64,000 bases of DNA from Chiloscyllium plagiosum. Lineage: Eukaryota. Positions 25,456 through 38,061 of the stretch are shown one piece after another. The stretch spans positions 7,850,835 to 7,914,834 of the forward strand of contig NC_057752.1 of the NCBI RefSeq assembly GCF_004010195.1, in the 5' to 3' direction. Below the pieces are notes generated by a model. The model did no database searches, was not told where the DNA came from, and was given only the letters and a program-made list of their open reading frames with translations. A program made the position numbers and the translations under genes. Positions within the stretch are counted from its first letter, which is position 1. Each line of letters begins with the position of its first letter.

Positions 25456-26967
25456 GGAGATAAATTAAGGCAAAAATATAGCCCAGGGATACTGGGGATA
25501 ACTCACCTGCTCTCCTTCAAAATAGTGTCATATTTTATATCCATTTGAGAGGAAAATGGAATGGAAGATTAGTTTGAATTTCCCATTTGAAAGTAAAAGC
25601 CCTCAACATGATGTTGTGGCCATAATGGAGATGTGGGCTTCACAGGGGCAGGAATGGTTGCTAGATGTTCCAGGATTTAGAATATTTAAAAAGTATAAGG
25701 AGGTTGGAAAAAGAGGAGGGGGTGTAGCATTGCTAATTAGAAAATGCATCACAGTTACAGAAACAAAGGTTGTCAAGGAAGGTTTGTCTATTGAGTCAGT
25801 ATGGGTGGAAGTTTAAGAACAGCAAAGGAGCAGCCATCTCATTGGGGGTTTTCTGCAGACCCTCGAATAGCAGTAGAGAGATTGAAGAACTCATAGGCCA
25901 GCAGATTTTGGAAAAGTGCAGATGTAGCAGGGTTGTTGTTATGGGTGACTTCAACTTTTCCAATATTGACTGGAACCTCCTCAGTGCAGATAGTTTGGAT
26001 GGAGCTGTTTTTGTCAGGTGTTTTCAGGATGGTTTCTTTCCTCAGTATGTAGACAGGCCGATGAGGGGAGAGGCCATTTTAGATTTGGTGCTCTGCAATG
26101 AGCCAGGACAGGTATCAGATCCCGCGGTGGGAGAACACTTTTTGCTAACAGTGATCATAACTGCCTGACATGTACCATAACCATGGGAAGATATTTAATT
26201 GGGGAAAAGGAAACTATGATGCTACTGGAGTTGGGAAATACAGATTGGGAGCAATTGTTCCACAGAAAGGGCACTACAGACATCTGGAGACTGTTTGTTT
26301 AAGGAGCAGTTGTTGTGAGTGATGCACAGATTTGTTTCTCTGAAACAGGTAAGATTAAGGAGCCTTGGATGACGAGAACAGAGGAGCTTCTCGTCAAAAA
26401 GAAGGCAGCTTACATAAGGTAGAGGAAGCAAGGATCTAGCACAGCTTTAGAGGATTACAGGCTTACTAGAAAGTAGCTCAGAAATGGAGCCAGGAGGGGG
26501 CACAAAAAAGGCTTGGCAGGAAGGATTAGGGAGAATCCAAAGGCATTGTACTCATAGGTGAGGAATAAGAGAATGATCAGGGAGCAGGTAGGGCCGGTCA
26601 GGGATAGCGTAGGGAACTTGTGCATGGAGTCTGAGCAGATAGGGGAAGCCCTTAAATGAGTTTTTGCTTGGGTTTCACTCAGGAAAGGGACCTTGTTGTG
26701 AATGAGAACTTTGAGGAGCTGGGAAATAGGCTTGAACCGATCAAGATTGATGAAGTTGATGTGCTGGAAAGTTTGGCAAACATTATTGATAAGTCCCCAG
26801 GGCCAGACCAGATTTATCCTAGGTTGTTCCAGGAAGTGAGAAAGGAGTTTGCTAAGCCGCTGGCGAAGATCTTTGCTTCCTCACTCTCCACGGGAGGCAA
26901 ATGTTGTTCCTCTGTTCAGCAAGGCTAATAGGGAAATCCCTGGCAATTACAGACCAGTCAGTCTCAA

Positions 26968-27058
26968 GTCTGATGAAGGGCTTTTGCCCGAAACATCAAT
27001 TTTCCTGCTCCTCGGATGCTGCCTGACCTGCTGTGCTTTTCCAGCACCACTCTAATCA
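26968..27058 (+). mobile_element. Family B Penelope-derived element, 5' part with hammerhead; remainder at 28441-28478
   Basis: CTGATGA-A-GGGC-TTTT-GCCC-GAAA-CATC; sequence resumes as aatctaatctccagcatctgcag after the inner CR1. Confidence 0.8.
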
Positions 27059-28440
27059 TGTTGGCATAAGCAGGGAAGATGTGGTGGGTATGCTAGAGAT
27101 TATTAAGGTAGACAAATCCCCAGGACCGGATGGGATCGATCCCAGGTTGCTGAGTGAGGCAAGAGAGGAAATAGCTGGGGCCCTGACAGATATCTTTGTG
27201 GCATCCTTAAATACAGGTGAGGTGCCGNNNNNNNNNNNNNNNNNNNNNNNNNNNNNNNNNNNNNNNNNNNNNNNNNNNNNNNNNNNNNNNNNNNNNNNNN
27301 NNNNNNNNNNNNNNNNNNNNNNNNNNNNNNNNNNNNNNNNNNNNNNNNNNNNNNNNNNNNNNNNNNNNNNNNNNNNNNNNNNNNNNNNNNNNNNNNNNNN
27401 NNNNNNNNNNNNNNNNNNNNNNNNNNNNNNNNNNNNNNNNNNNNNNNNNNNNNNNNNNNNNNNNNNNNNNNNNNNNNNNNNNNNNNNNNNNNNNNNNNNN
27501 NNNNNNNNNNNNNNNNNNNNNNNNNNNNNNNNNNNNNNNNNNNNNNNNNNNNAGCAAGTTTGCAGATGACACAAAGATTGGTGGAGTAGCAGAAAGCATA
27601 AGGGACTGTCAGAGAATACAGGAGGATATAGATAGACTGGAGAGTCGGGCGGAAAAGTGGCAGATGGCTTTCAATCCAGACAAATGTGAGGGGATGCATT
27701 TAGACAAGACTAATTCTAGAGCGAATTATACAATGAATGGAAGAGCCTTGGGAAAAGTTGATGGGCAGAGAGATCTGGGAGTTCAGGTCTATTGAAAGTG
27801 GATAGAGTGGTCAAGAAGGCGGCATATAGTATGCTTGCCTTCACTGGACTGGGTATTGAGTATAAGAGCTGGCAAGTCATTGGTTCGGCCGCATTTAGAA
27901 TACTGTGTACAGTTCTGGTCGCCACATTACCAAAAGGATGTGGATACTTTGGAGAGGGTGCAGAGAAGGTTTACAAGGATGTTGCCTGGTATGGAAGGTG
28001 CTAGTTATGAAGAAAGGTTGAGTAGGTTAGGTTTATTTTCACTAGAAAAAAGGAGATTGAGGGGGGACCTGATTGAGGTTTACAAAATCATGAAGGATAT
28101 AGACTGGGTGGCTAGAGACAAGCTTTTTCCCAGGGTGAAGGATTCAATAACGAGAGGTCACGCTTTCAAAGTGAGAGGTGAAAAGTTTAAAGGGGGATAC
28201 ACACGGCAAGTACTTCACACAGAGGATGGTTGGCGTTTGGAACACGTTGCCAGCAGAGGTGGTAGAGGCAGGCACGGTAGATTCATTTAAGATGCGTCTG
28301 GACAGATGCATGAGTAGGTGGGGAGCAGAGGGATACAAATGCTTAGGAATTGACCGACAGGTTTAGACAGTACATTTGCATCAGCTCAGGCTTGGAGGGC
28401 CGAAGGGCCTGATCCTGCGCTGTAAACTTTTTGTTCTTTG
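27059..28440 (+). mobile_element. Inner, younger CR1 LINE (RT and 3' UTR), containing a 325-N gap
   Basis: KSPGPDGI.PR, KFADDTKIGG, LVRPHLEYCVQFWSP and RRLRGDLIEVYKIM motifs. Confidence 0.92.
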
Positions 28441-28933
28441 AATCTAATCTCCAGCATCTGCAGTACCGACTTCTGCCTACATTTAAATGACTGCCTGTCA
28501 TGCGCATGGACAGCAGTGAACTGAGGGGTGCGTAGGTTAGGTAATTTTATTTTAGATTAGGAATAATCCTCGGCACAGCATTGTGGGCTGAAGGGCCTGT
28601 TCAGTGCTTGACTTTTCTATGTTCTATGTTCAAACAGTGTAGCACTCGCTCAGCACTGCACTGGAGGGTTAGCATAGATTTTTGTACTCAAGCCCTGGAG
28701 TGGAACTTAACCCCAGAATATGCTCACTCAGACAAGAATGTTACCTGTTGAATCTGACTGCCAGTATTCTTCCAACATTTGTCATTGGAAGGTGCACTTT
28801 GTCAGATCACCACCAATATTTCTCAATTCTCTAGCGTAAAAATTAAGTTACATTTTACAACGTATCAAAATGAAGACGTGATGAGATTTTGCACTGCATA
28901 TATGTAATGGACGTCTCACATTCTCTATTTTAG

Positions 28934-29083
28934 GATCAGATAGTACTTCGTCTGTTTAATGATTCAGAAGAACCAAATGAAGTAGAGAAGACAACAGAAA
29001 CCGCAAGCTTAAAGGAAGAATTGGAAAGACCAAAGACTAATCAGGGTCCAAGCCTAGTTGATCTAAAGCTAGTAAAGCTAAAG
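28934..29083 (+). CDS. TROAP: TROAP exon (DQIVLRLFNDSEE...PSLVDLKLVKLK)
   Basis: ttctctattttag acceptor, AAG|gtacag donor, 150 nt; DQIVLRLF resembles human EQVAVRLF, PSL..K resembles PSLQEVK. Confidence 0.88.
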
Positions 29084-29652
29084 GTACAGGTACCACGGCA
29101 TTTAATGGTTGAGCTTTATGCACTAGTTACAAAACAGCATATTTTGTTGACGTTGTATCACTTGCTTTGTTCACAGACTGATTGATTAATTTCCTTTTCT
29201 TCTCCCAATGTTTTTCTTTTATATGGGGGTTGGTGAAAGAGAGAAAAAAAGGGGGTAACTTTGCTGTTTTCCCCCCTCTTCTCCATAATTCTTATTTTAA
29301 AAAAGAGCTGTAAACTAATAAATTAATTACACTAATTGCATTTATGGTTTTCTCACTATAAGATTCTAAAGCTAATGGGACTGTTCTTATCTTTTTTTCA
29401 AGTGTTCTCTTGGTTTTAGTTTCTTGTGTTAAATTGTTCTTTTCTGCCTGCTGACTCCTGGCTAAAAGAACAGACAGAAAAGCTGCTCAAATCTTTGCCA
29501 AGACATCTGTTCTCTACACCCTACAATGGCATGGCTAAGCATTCACTGTGAAGACAGCTTATTATGTCATCCATGATTTGAGTGGAGTGCTGTATCATTA
29601 ATAAGTTACATTTTCTTCAGGTTCTTGAGCTGTTGTAACTTTTGTTTTACAG

Positions 29653-30106
29653 AACATTGAACTTCTTTCACAACAACTTCAGAAAGAGTTGCAAGAGGTA
29701 AAGGTGATTGAGGAGACGCTCACAGAAAGCAGCTGTGAGGAAAATGTACCTGCCTTCCCAGAAGAACATCCCAATTTGCCTGGTGCTGTCTTGAAGAATA
29801 GAACAGTTGTTACAGCCTCAAAGCAGCAGGATGCTGAAGAATATATTATTTCTTCCCAATGTACACCTCTGACTCCCATTCCAACACGTAAGCTTATAGA
29901 CTGGTCACGACAGACTAACAGTGTTTCTGGAGCAGCAAATTGCCTTCCTACCATGGACCACCAATCTGAGATATTGCTCCCTTCTGCTAAGCTAACTTTG
30001 AATGTGGTGGACACATTGCCCACGTCCATTTCCCATGGATCTTCTCACTTGCACACAACGGCCCAAGAGTCGAAATTCCAATCCCCTTTTCTCAGTGGAA
30101 GCAGAG
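29653..30106 (+). CDS. TROAP: TROAP large exon (NIELLSQQLQKELQEV...FLSGSR)
   Basis: tttgttttacag acceptor, GAG|gtaagg donor, 454 nt, phase 0-1; start resembles human RIGILQQLLRQEV. Confidence 0.88.
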
Positions 30107-30156
30107 GTAAGGTGTGTGTGTCTGTGTGTGTGTCTGTTTTTTCCCTCGTCCCTATA

Positions 30157-30650
30157 GGACAGATGTTGTGAAACCTGCAAGGGTTCAGGAAGGACTTACG
30201 AGGATGTTGCCAGGGTTGGAGGATCTGAGCTATAGGGAGAGGCTGAACAGGCTTGGGTTGTTTTCCCTGGAGCGTCGGAGGCTGAGGGGTGACCTTATAG
30301 AGGTTTACAAAATTATGAGGGGCATGGATAGGATAAATAGACAAAGTCTTTTCCCTGGGGTCGGGGAGTCCAGAACTAGAGGGCTGAGGTTTAGGGTGAG
30401 AGGGGAAAGATATAAAAGAGACCTAAGGGGCAACTTTTTCATGGAATGAGCTGCCAGAGGATGTGGTGGAGACTGGTACAATTGCAACATTTAAGAGACA
30501 TTTGGATGGGTATATGAATAGGAAGTGTTTGGAGGGATATGGGCCGGGTGCTGGCAGGTGGGACTAGATTGGGTTGGGATATCTGGTCGGCATGGACAGG
30601 TTGGACCGAAGGGTCTGTTTCCATGCTGTACATCTCTATGACGCTATGAC
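30157..30650 (+). mobile_element. CR1 (HER1-like) 3' fragment about 50 nt downstream of a TROAP donor site
   Basis: TRMLPGLEDLSYRERLNRLGLFSLERRRLRGDLIEVYKIM; ctctatga tail. Confidence 0.92.
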
Positions 30651-30759
30651 TGCTGTCTTATACTATTACAGTATAATATTCACCTCACTGAGGTGGCAAT
30701 GATCTAGCTCAGCATTTGCCTATTTACTCAAGACACAGGAGGAAATGAGGTATCAAAAT

Positions 30760-31130
30760 TACAACAAAACTTGCTGTATACCAAGCTGTCATAATACCTG
30801 TCCTCCTATGTGCCTGTAAGACATAACCACCTACTCCAGACGTATTATGCTATTGGACAGATTCCACGTGAGAAACATTTGGAAAGTCATGGGTATCAAA
30901 AAGGGAGAACAAAGTTCCCAATGTGGAGGTACTTCAAAGAGCAGAAATGTTTGGAACTGAAAAGCTCATTTTCAGAGCCCAGCTGAAATAGACTGGACAT
31001 GTAAATAATAAAATATTGAAGGCAGTCATGTATCACAACTTAAACTTGAACACCACTTGTGAGATAGGCAAAGATTAAGATTCGAGCACTCCTTGAAGGT
31101 GAACATCAGAAAAAGTGGCATGTACACTAC
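30760..31130 (+). mobile_element. Old RTE-clade LINE C-terminal fragment
   Basis: Remnants of VLLCAC.T.TTYSR, LDRFH and KVPNVEVLQRAEM. Confidence 0.55.
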
Positions 31131-31207
31131 AAAGCCACTCACCGTCATGACTTGGAACTAGATCGCCATTCTTTCAATGTTGTTGAGTCAAAATCCTGGA
31201 ATTCCCT

Positions 31208-31420
31208 AAGAGAAAGTGAGGACTACAGGTGCTGGAGATCAGAGCCGAAGAGTGTGGTGCTGGAAAAGCACAGCAGGTCAGGCAGCATCGGGGGAGCAGG
31301 AGAATCGGCGTTTCGGGCATAAGCCCTTCATCAGGAAGGGCTTATGCCCAAAATGTCGATTCTTCTGCTCCTCGGATGCTGCCTGACCTGCTGTGCTTTT
31401 CTAGCACCACGCTCTTCGAC
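31208..31420. mobile_element. Family B fold-back element
   Basis: Inverted arms meeting at the hammerhead (about 31330-31340); perfect 14-bp TSD TCCTGGAATTCCCT at 31194-31207 and 31421-31434. Confidence 0.9.
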
Positions 31421-32824
31421 TCCTGGAATTCCCTCCCTGAGAGCGTTGTGGATTTACCTACAGCACATGGACTGCAGCAGTTCAAGAAGGCAATCCACCA
31501 TCACCTTCTCAAGAGCAACTAGGACCAGCCAGCAACACCGATGTCCCATTCGCAAATTTTTATTTTTTAAATTTGAAAAAATATACAAAGAACTACCTGG
31601 GATCAATCTCAAGTCATGACATTGTTTCATTTGAATAGGAAAGAATATGGGCAGCAAAGGACAAAAGATAATAAAATTAATTTCTATTAGTGAGGGAAGT
31701 TTTCAGGTTGACATGAAGCCATACAAGTATTGGGTCAGTATAAGACAGCTGCTTATCTGTGTTTATTTATACTTTCACTGGATTATTTTTGTCTGCGAGG
31801 TGTGGGCATTGCTGGCCATCCCTAATTGCCCTTGAGAAGATTCTGATGAGTGACCTTCTTCGACTGCTATAGCCCACAAGGTATAGGAACACTAACATGA
31901 CCCAGTGACAGTGAAGGAATAGCAATATAGTTCCGATTCAGAAGTATGTGTGACTTGGAGTGAACTTGCAGGTGGTGGTGCCCTCATCCTTCTGGGTGTT
32001 ACAGATTGCAGACATTGCTGTCAAAGGAGGGTTGGTAAGTTGCTGCAGTACATCTTGTATTTAGCACACACTGTGGATTGGTGATGGAGGGTGTGAATTT
32101 TGAAGGTGCTGGATGAGTTGCCAATCAAGTAAGCTGCTTTGTTGGTATTGAGCTATTTGTTAATTGTTGGCATCCATGCAAGTGGGGAATATTCTACCAC
32201 ACTGATTTGTTCCTTCCAGTTGATGGGCAGGCTTTGGAGAGTCAAAGGGTGAGTTAATCTCTGCAGTATTCCTATCTTCTGACCTGCTCTTGCAGCCACA
32301 GTATTTGTGTAGCTGGTCCAGTTCAGTTTTTGATCAATGGTAATCACCCAGGATGTGGAAGTTATAGAATTCAGTTATGGTAATGTTATTGAATATCATG
32401 AGCAGATGATTAGATTTTCTCTCGATGGAATTGGTGTTTGTGAAAAAATGTTACTTGCCACTTATCAGTCCAAGCTTGATGATGTTCAAGTTTTGCTGCA
32501 TGTAGGTGCAGACTTCTCTGATATCTGAGGAATCGGGAATGGTACTAACATTGCATTATCATTAGTGAACATCCTCACTTCTGACCTTATGGTGAAGGGA
32601 AGGTAATTAATGAAGCAGCTAAAGATAGTTGAGATAAGAAAACTATGCAAACCTCCTGCAGCGATGTCCTGGAGTTGAGATGGCTGAACTACAACAACCA
32701 CACCCATCTTCCTCTAAGCTAGGTATGACTCCATCCAGTGGAGAATGTTCCCCCGATTCCCATTCACTCTATTTTGCTAGGGCTCCTTCATGCCATACTT
32801 GCTTAAATGCAGCCTTGATGTCAA

Positions 32825-33157
32825 CTTTGAAACGGCAGGTTTCAAAGCACTTCAGTGCGGCATTCCCACAGACACCTGGGAATCACTGGCCCAAGACCGT
32901 CCTGAGTGGAGGAGGAGCATCCGGGAAGGCGTCGAGCACCTCCAGACTTGTCATCAGAGAAAAAATGGAAGCCAGATGAAAACAGCAAAAGAATCGCGCT
33001 GCCACACCAATGTCCCACCCACCCCCTTCCCGCAAGTACCACCTGCCCCAAGTGTAGCAGAACCTGCAGAAGCCCCATTGATCTGTCCAGCCGCCCACGG
33101 ACTCGCCCTGAGAGTGGAAGAGCCATCCTCATCTGTGAGGAACCACCAGTGATGATG
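32825..33157 (+). mobile_element. RTE-clade LINE 3' end with (GAT)n tail and 28-bp TSD
   Basis: DTWESLAQDRPEWRRSIREG and CPKC motifs; flanking repeats 32797-32824 and 33158-33185 with 3 mismatches. Confidence 0.8.
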
Positions 33158-33840
33158 ACTTGCTCAAAAGCAACCTTGATGTCAAGGACTCTCTCTCTCC
33201 CCTCTGGAATTCAGCTCTTTTGTCCATGTTTGAACCAAGGCTGTAATGAGGTCAGGAGCTGCGTGGCCCTAATGGAACCCAAACTGGGCGTCACTGAGCA
33301 GGTGCTACTTGATAGCACTGTTGGTGACTCCTTCCATCACTTTACTGATAATTGAGAGTCAACTAATGGGACGATAATTGGCTAGATTGAATTATCCTCA
33401 TTTTTTTATACACCAGTCATACCTGGGCAATTTTCCACATTGTCAGGTAAATGCAAGTAGCTGGATGGGCTTGGCTATGGGTACAGCAGGTTCTGGAGCA
33501 CAAGTCTTTAGTACTATTGCCAGAATATTCTGAAGGCCCATAAGCTTTTCAGTATCCAGTGTCACCAACCGTTTCTTGATATCACACAGAGTAAATTGAG
33601 TTGGCTGAAGACTGGTAACTGTGATGCTGGGGACCTGTGGAGGAGGTAGAGATGGATCATCAGCTCTGCACTTGTGGCTGAAGATTGCTGTGAATGCTTC
33701 AGCCTTATCTTTCGCACTGATGTGCTGGTCTCTTCCATCATTTAAGGTTGGGGATACTTGTGGAGCCGCCTCCTCCAGTGAGTTGTTTAATTGTCCACAA
33801 CCATTCCCAACTGGATGTGGCAGGACTGTAGAGCATAGAT

Positions 33841-34966
33841 CATAGAGTCATGGAGATGTACAGCACAGAAACAGGCCCCTTGGTCCAACTCATCCATGCC
33901 AACCAGATATCCTAAAATAATCTAGTCCCATTTGCCGGCACTTGGTCCATATCCCTCTAAACCCTTCCCATTCAAATACCCATCCAGATGCCTTTTAAAT
34001 GTTGTAATTGTACCAGCCTCCACCACTTCCTCTGGCAGCACGTTCCATACACGTACCACCCTCTGTGTGAAAAAGTTGCCCCTTAGATCTCTTTTATATC
34101 TTTCTCCTCACCCTACACCTCTGCCCTCTCATTCTGGACTCCCCACCCCAGGGAAGAGACTTTGCCTATTTATCCTAACCATGCCCCTTATGATTTTATA
34201 AACCTCTGTAAGGTCACCCCTCAGCCTCCAACACTCCAGGAAAACAGCCTCAGCCTATTCAGCCTTTCCCTGTAGCTCAAACCCTCCAACCCTGGTTACA
34301 TCCTTGTAAATCTTTTCTGAAACCTGTCAAGTTTTATAACATCTTTCCAATAGACGGGAGACCAGAATTGCACACAATATTCCAAAAGTGGCCTAACCAA
34401 TGTCCTATACAGCTGCAACATGACCTCCCAACTCCTATACTTTATGCTTTGACCAATAAAGGCAAGTGTACCAAATGCTGTCTTCACCATCCTGTCTTAC
34501 TGTGACTCCATCTTCAAGGGACTATGAACCTGCACTCCAAGGTCTCTTTGTTCAGCAACACCCCCCAGGATGTTACCATTAAGTGTATAAGTCCTGCCCT
34601 GATTTGCCTTTCCAAAATGCAGCACCTCATATTTATCTAAATTAAACTCTATCTGCCACTTCTCAGCCCTTTGGCCCATCTGATCAAGATCCCATTGTAC
34701 TCTGAGGTAACCACCTCTGCTGTCCACTACACCTCCAATCTTGGTGTCATCTGCAAACTTCCTAACTATACCTCCCATGTTCACATCCAAATCATTTATA
34801 TAAATGATGAAAAGCAGTGGACCCAGCACTGGTCCTTGTGGCACATCACTGGTCACAGGCCTCCAGTCTGAAAAGCAATCCTCCACCACCACCTCTGTCT
34901 TCTACCTTCGTGCCAGTTCTGTATCCAAATAGCTAGTTCATGTGATCTAACTTTGCTAACCAGTCT
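33841..34966 (-). mobile_element. CR1 (HER1-like) RT/3' fragment
   Basis: VPQGPVLGPLLFIIYINDLD, KFADDTKIGG and LVRPLLEYCVQFWSP motifs. Confidence 0.93.
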
Positions 34967-36446
34967 TGGGTCCATTGGTGTGGGCTCGCTTAGTTCTATC
35001 ACTTGCTGCTTATGCTGTTTGGCATGCAAGTAGTCCTGTTTGGTAGCTTCACTAGGTTGACACCTCTTGTTTCGGTATGCCTGGTGCTTCTCTTCGCATG
35101 CCCTCCTGAACTTAATGGTAATGGTTGAGTGGGGGATATGCTGGGCCATGAAGTTGCAGATTGTGTTGGATTGTGTTCAACTGCTGTTGATGGCCCACAG
35201 CACCTCCATGGATGCCCAATCTTGAGTTGCCAAATCTCTTCAATGTCTGTCCCATTTCGCACAGTAATAGTGCCACACAACACGATGGAGATTATTCTCA
35301 ATGTGAAGGCAAGACTTCGTTTCCACAAGGATTGAATTGTCACTCTCCATATCATGAACAGATGTATTTGTGGCAGGCAGATTTGGTAAGGATGAGGTCA
35401 AGTATGTTTTTCCTTGTTTGTTCCCTCAACATCTGCCACAGACCCAGTGTAGCATCTATGTTTTTTGGAACCTGACCGGCTTGATCGGTAGTACTGCTGC
35501 CGAACCACTCTTGATGGTGGATACTGAAGACCTCACCTAGAGTACATTTTGTGCCTTGCCACTCTGTGCTTTCTCCAAAAGAAAATAAAAACATTAGAAA
35601 AGATATTGAAATGGATCATGTTGTAATATCCAATACTTCAAGCATTTACAGTGTCCAGTTTAGAGTCAAGCACTTAGATCCCACCTCATTTAATTCTATT
35701 CCCTAATTAGTCTCTGAGCTAAAATAATCCAGTAGAAATTGGGAATCTTCAGTACAGCAGCTACATTTCTGAAGAGGGATAACAGTTCCTCTAGGTGTCC
35801 AGAATTATTAAAAATATTCACATCAGGTACAAAAGCAGTAATTTTTTTTTAAAGAATAAAGATTTGCATTTGTGTAGCACTTGAATATCTCAAAATGCTT
35901 CTCATTCAAAAAATGTTTGCTCTTGAAAAACATTGCTGTTGGTAACCATAGCAGTCATTTTTGAACAAAGTAAGATGCTATGAATAGCATTAAGATGAAT
36001 GGCCAGCTGTGCTGTTCAATTGGAGCTGGTTGAGGATGAAATTATGGCCAGGTTATTTAATGGATCTTTAACCTCTACCCAAACAGGCAGATGGACCCTT
36101 AGCTTAACATTTCATTTTTCACTGTTCCTCCGGCTGTCTCAATACAGCATTCAAGTATAAGCCAAGGTAGAGTCCTAGACCGATACTTGACCTCACAATA
36201 TGCTGGCTTGTGAATGTTATCAATCGAGCAAGGCTGCTCATTGATCAACTAATAACTAATGCAGTTTGATCCCACTTTTTATTATATTCATGAGTTGTAA
36301 AATCTGTTCATGGGTTCAAATTAGAAATAGTCTCCCTACCCCCCAAATCACTAACAAACAGTTGATTGTGGAGTTTTTTGGGGAAAATTAATTGAGCACC
36401 AATAGAGTTGCACTGAACTTTCAAAACTGTCTGTTTTGACTTTCAG

Positions 36447-36652
36447 ACAGAAGCACTCTGCTCTGGAGCAGCATGAAGCAGAGGTTTGGTGAGACTTTCC
36501 CTGGATATCGAAAACCTTTCCCAGAGGCACTTTTGGATGAAGAGGTTTCTTGCTGTCTCACCCGTGCCATCCAGTCACCTGATAAGATAACAAAGAAGGA
36601 AAGAAACTGTGCCAATCCAGTTGCCAAGATACTTCAGCAACAAGAAGTTATG
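36447..36652 (+). CDS. TROAP: TROAP penultimate exon, conserved C-terminal block (FPEALLDEEVSCCLTR...NCANPVAKILQQQEVM)
   Basis: actttcag acceptor, ATG|gtgagt donor, phase 1-0; matches human FHEARLDDECAFYTSR...CTNPVATLLEWQDAL as recalled. Confidence 0.92.
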
Positions 36653-37394
36653 GTGAGTAATACCAAAGAGGAATTTCCTGAATATCCTCGTGTGAATTTT
36701 GTTCCTGGGAAGAGAAAGATCAGTCTTCTATGCAATATCATTTGTGATTACAATGTGCAAATTTAGATTTGTGACTTGCACAAACATACTTCAGCAACAG
36801 TTACAATTTCACCAAAATATTTGTAAAAGTATCTAAATAACTAGCTTGATGACAGTTTCCACCTTTCCAGTCTCTCATTCCATTTTAATCTTTTTCAAAT
36901 CCACTGAAATCAAAATGAGTAGAATAAAGATGCTAGCTTTGATTCTGATTTTTTTTATTGTGGACTTCCAGTTTTAGACTGTAAGCACAGTTAGTTGTGT
37001 TGTAACCATTCAATAGAGATATCTAAATAGCCCATCAAAGTACTTTGTATTTTTTTTCTCTCCTCAAAGACTGCATAATTGGTTCAACTTAAAATCTATT
37101 TCTGGTATGAAAGGAACTACCCTGGATTCTTTGTATGAACTTGTCAGCACTTCTCTTACATAAGGTTGCTTTAAAAGGTTGCTCCTCTAAAATTTGGTTA
37201 ACTTTTTAAAACTTTCCAGCTCTATGCACAATCGTTCATTTTAACAGGTATATTGCAGTGGTCTAACTGGAAGTTAATTTTCATCCTTTTTCTCGTGGCC
37301 TTCTGAAGGTTTTTTTTTACAGCCCTTAAACTAGTCCCTGCAGTTTTTAAATTGATATTGTCTTGAATTCTAACTCTGTATTTCTGCTCCACAG

Positions 37395-37463
37395 CACTTT
37401 GTCCCAATCGAGCTGCATTACCAGCCAGAAATAGCTTCAACAATTTCTGGTGTCCTTTTGTGA
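37395..37463 (+). CDS. TROAP: TROAP last coding exon (HFVPIELHYQPEIASTISGVLL*)
   Basis: tttctgctccacag acceptor, phase 0, HFVPI resembles human CFIPV; TGA at 37461-37463. Confidence 0.85.
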   Translation, partial: HFVPIELHYQPEIASTISGVLL

Positions 37464-38061
37464 AGAGCCAACAAGTCCTGCCCTATTGTTATGAACCTTA
37501 TTCTTCTTTTTTTCATCATCTGTATTAGTGTGTCTTATAACCTGAGGAGACAGGTCTAGTTGTGGACACTTAAAGAGCTTCACTCACTGCTTCAGGGTAT
37601 ATTACCAGTAGATTAGCTGCTTTTCAGTTTTGTTATAATAGAAAAGCTGTGTTTTGTCTACATAATACTCGAGCAGCTCTGCTTGCATTAGAGAACATCT
37701 TGCGGTTTGTTAACTATATAAACTGCCCAATTAGCACAAGTATGCTGAAGGCATGACCTGCTTCTGGTTGATCTCATAACTGTATAAATTGTCTAATGTT
37801 CAAAATATACTCTCCCTTCAATCAGAACTGATGTGCACTCTGTCATGAAGATTTTCATTCTAGCATCAGTTTCTGTCTTGTGCTGCTGTCCTTTTTAAAG
37901 GTCTCCAGCTATAAACAATAGAATTAATTTTGCTCCTCATGCTTGAACTCTCATAATTAACACTAATACCCTTTTTAACCAGTTAGTTCAGAGTTTTTGT
38001 GGGTTTTTATTTTTTAAAATTTGTGATATTAAAAAGATATGATTAGAAAAATTAGTTTGTA

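Larger units (their letters stand above)
25608..28631 (+). mobile_element. Outer CR1 LINE (endonuclease to RT start 25608-26967; 3' end 28480-28631) hosting nested insertions
   Basis: DVVAI.E.W, GKRGGGVALL, VVMGDFNF, KSPGPD and NYRPVSL motifs; (TTCTATG)n tail. Confidence 0.85.
31775..35575 (-). mobile_element. Long decayed copy of the second LINE family, interrupted by RTE and CR1 insertions
   Basis: IDQKLNWTSYTNTVAARAGQKIG, FSCFINYLP and TRKNILDLILT motifs in colinear order. Confidence 0.8.

Noticed and set aside
27033-27795. Long ORFs spanning N runs (also 42573-43299 and 63292-63911)
   Set aside because: Artefacts of assembly gaps.
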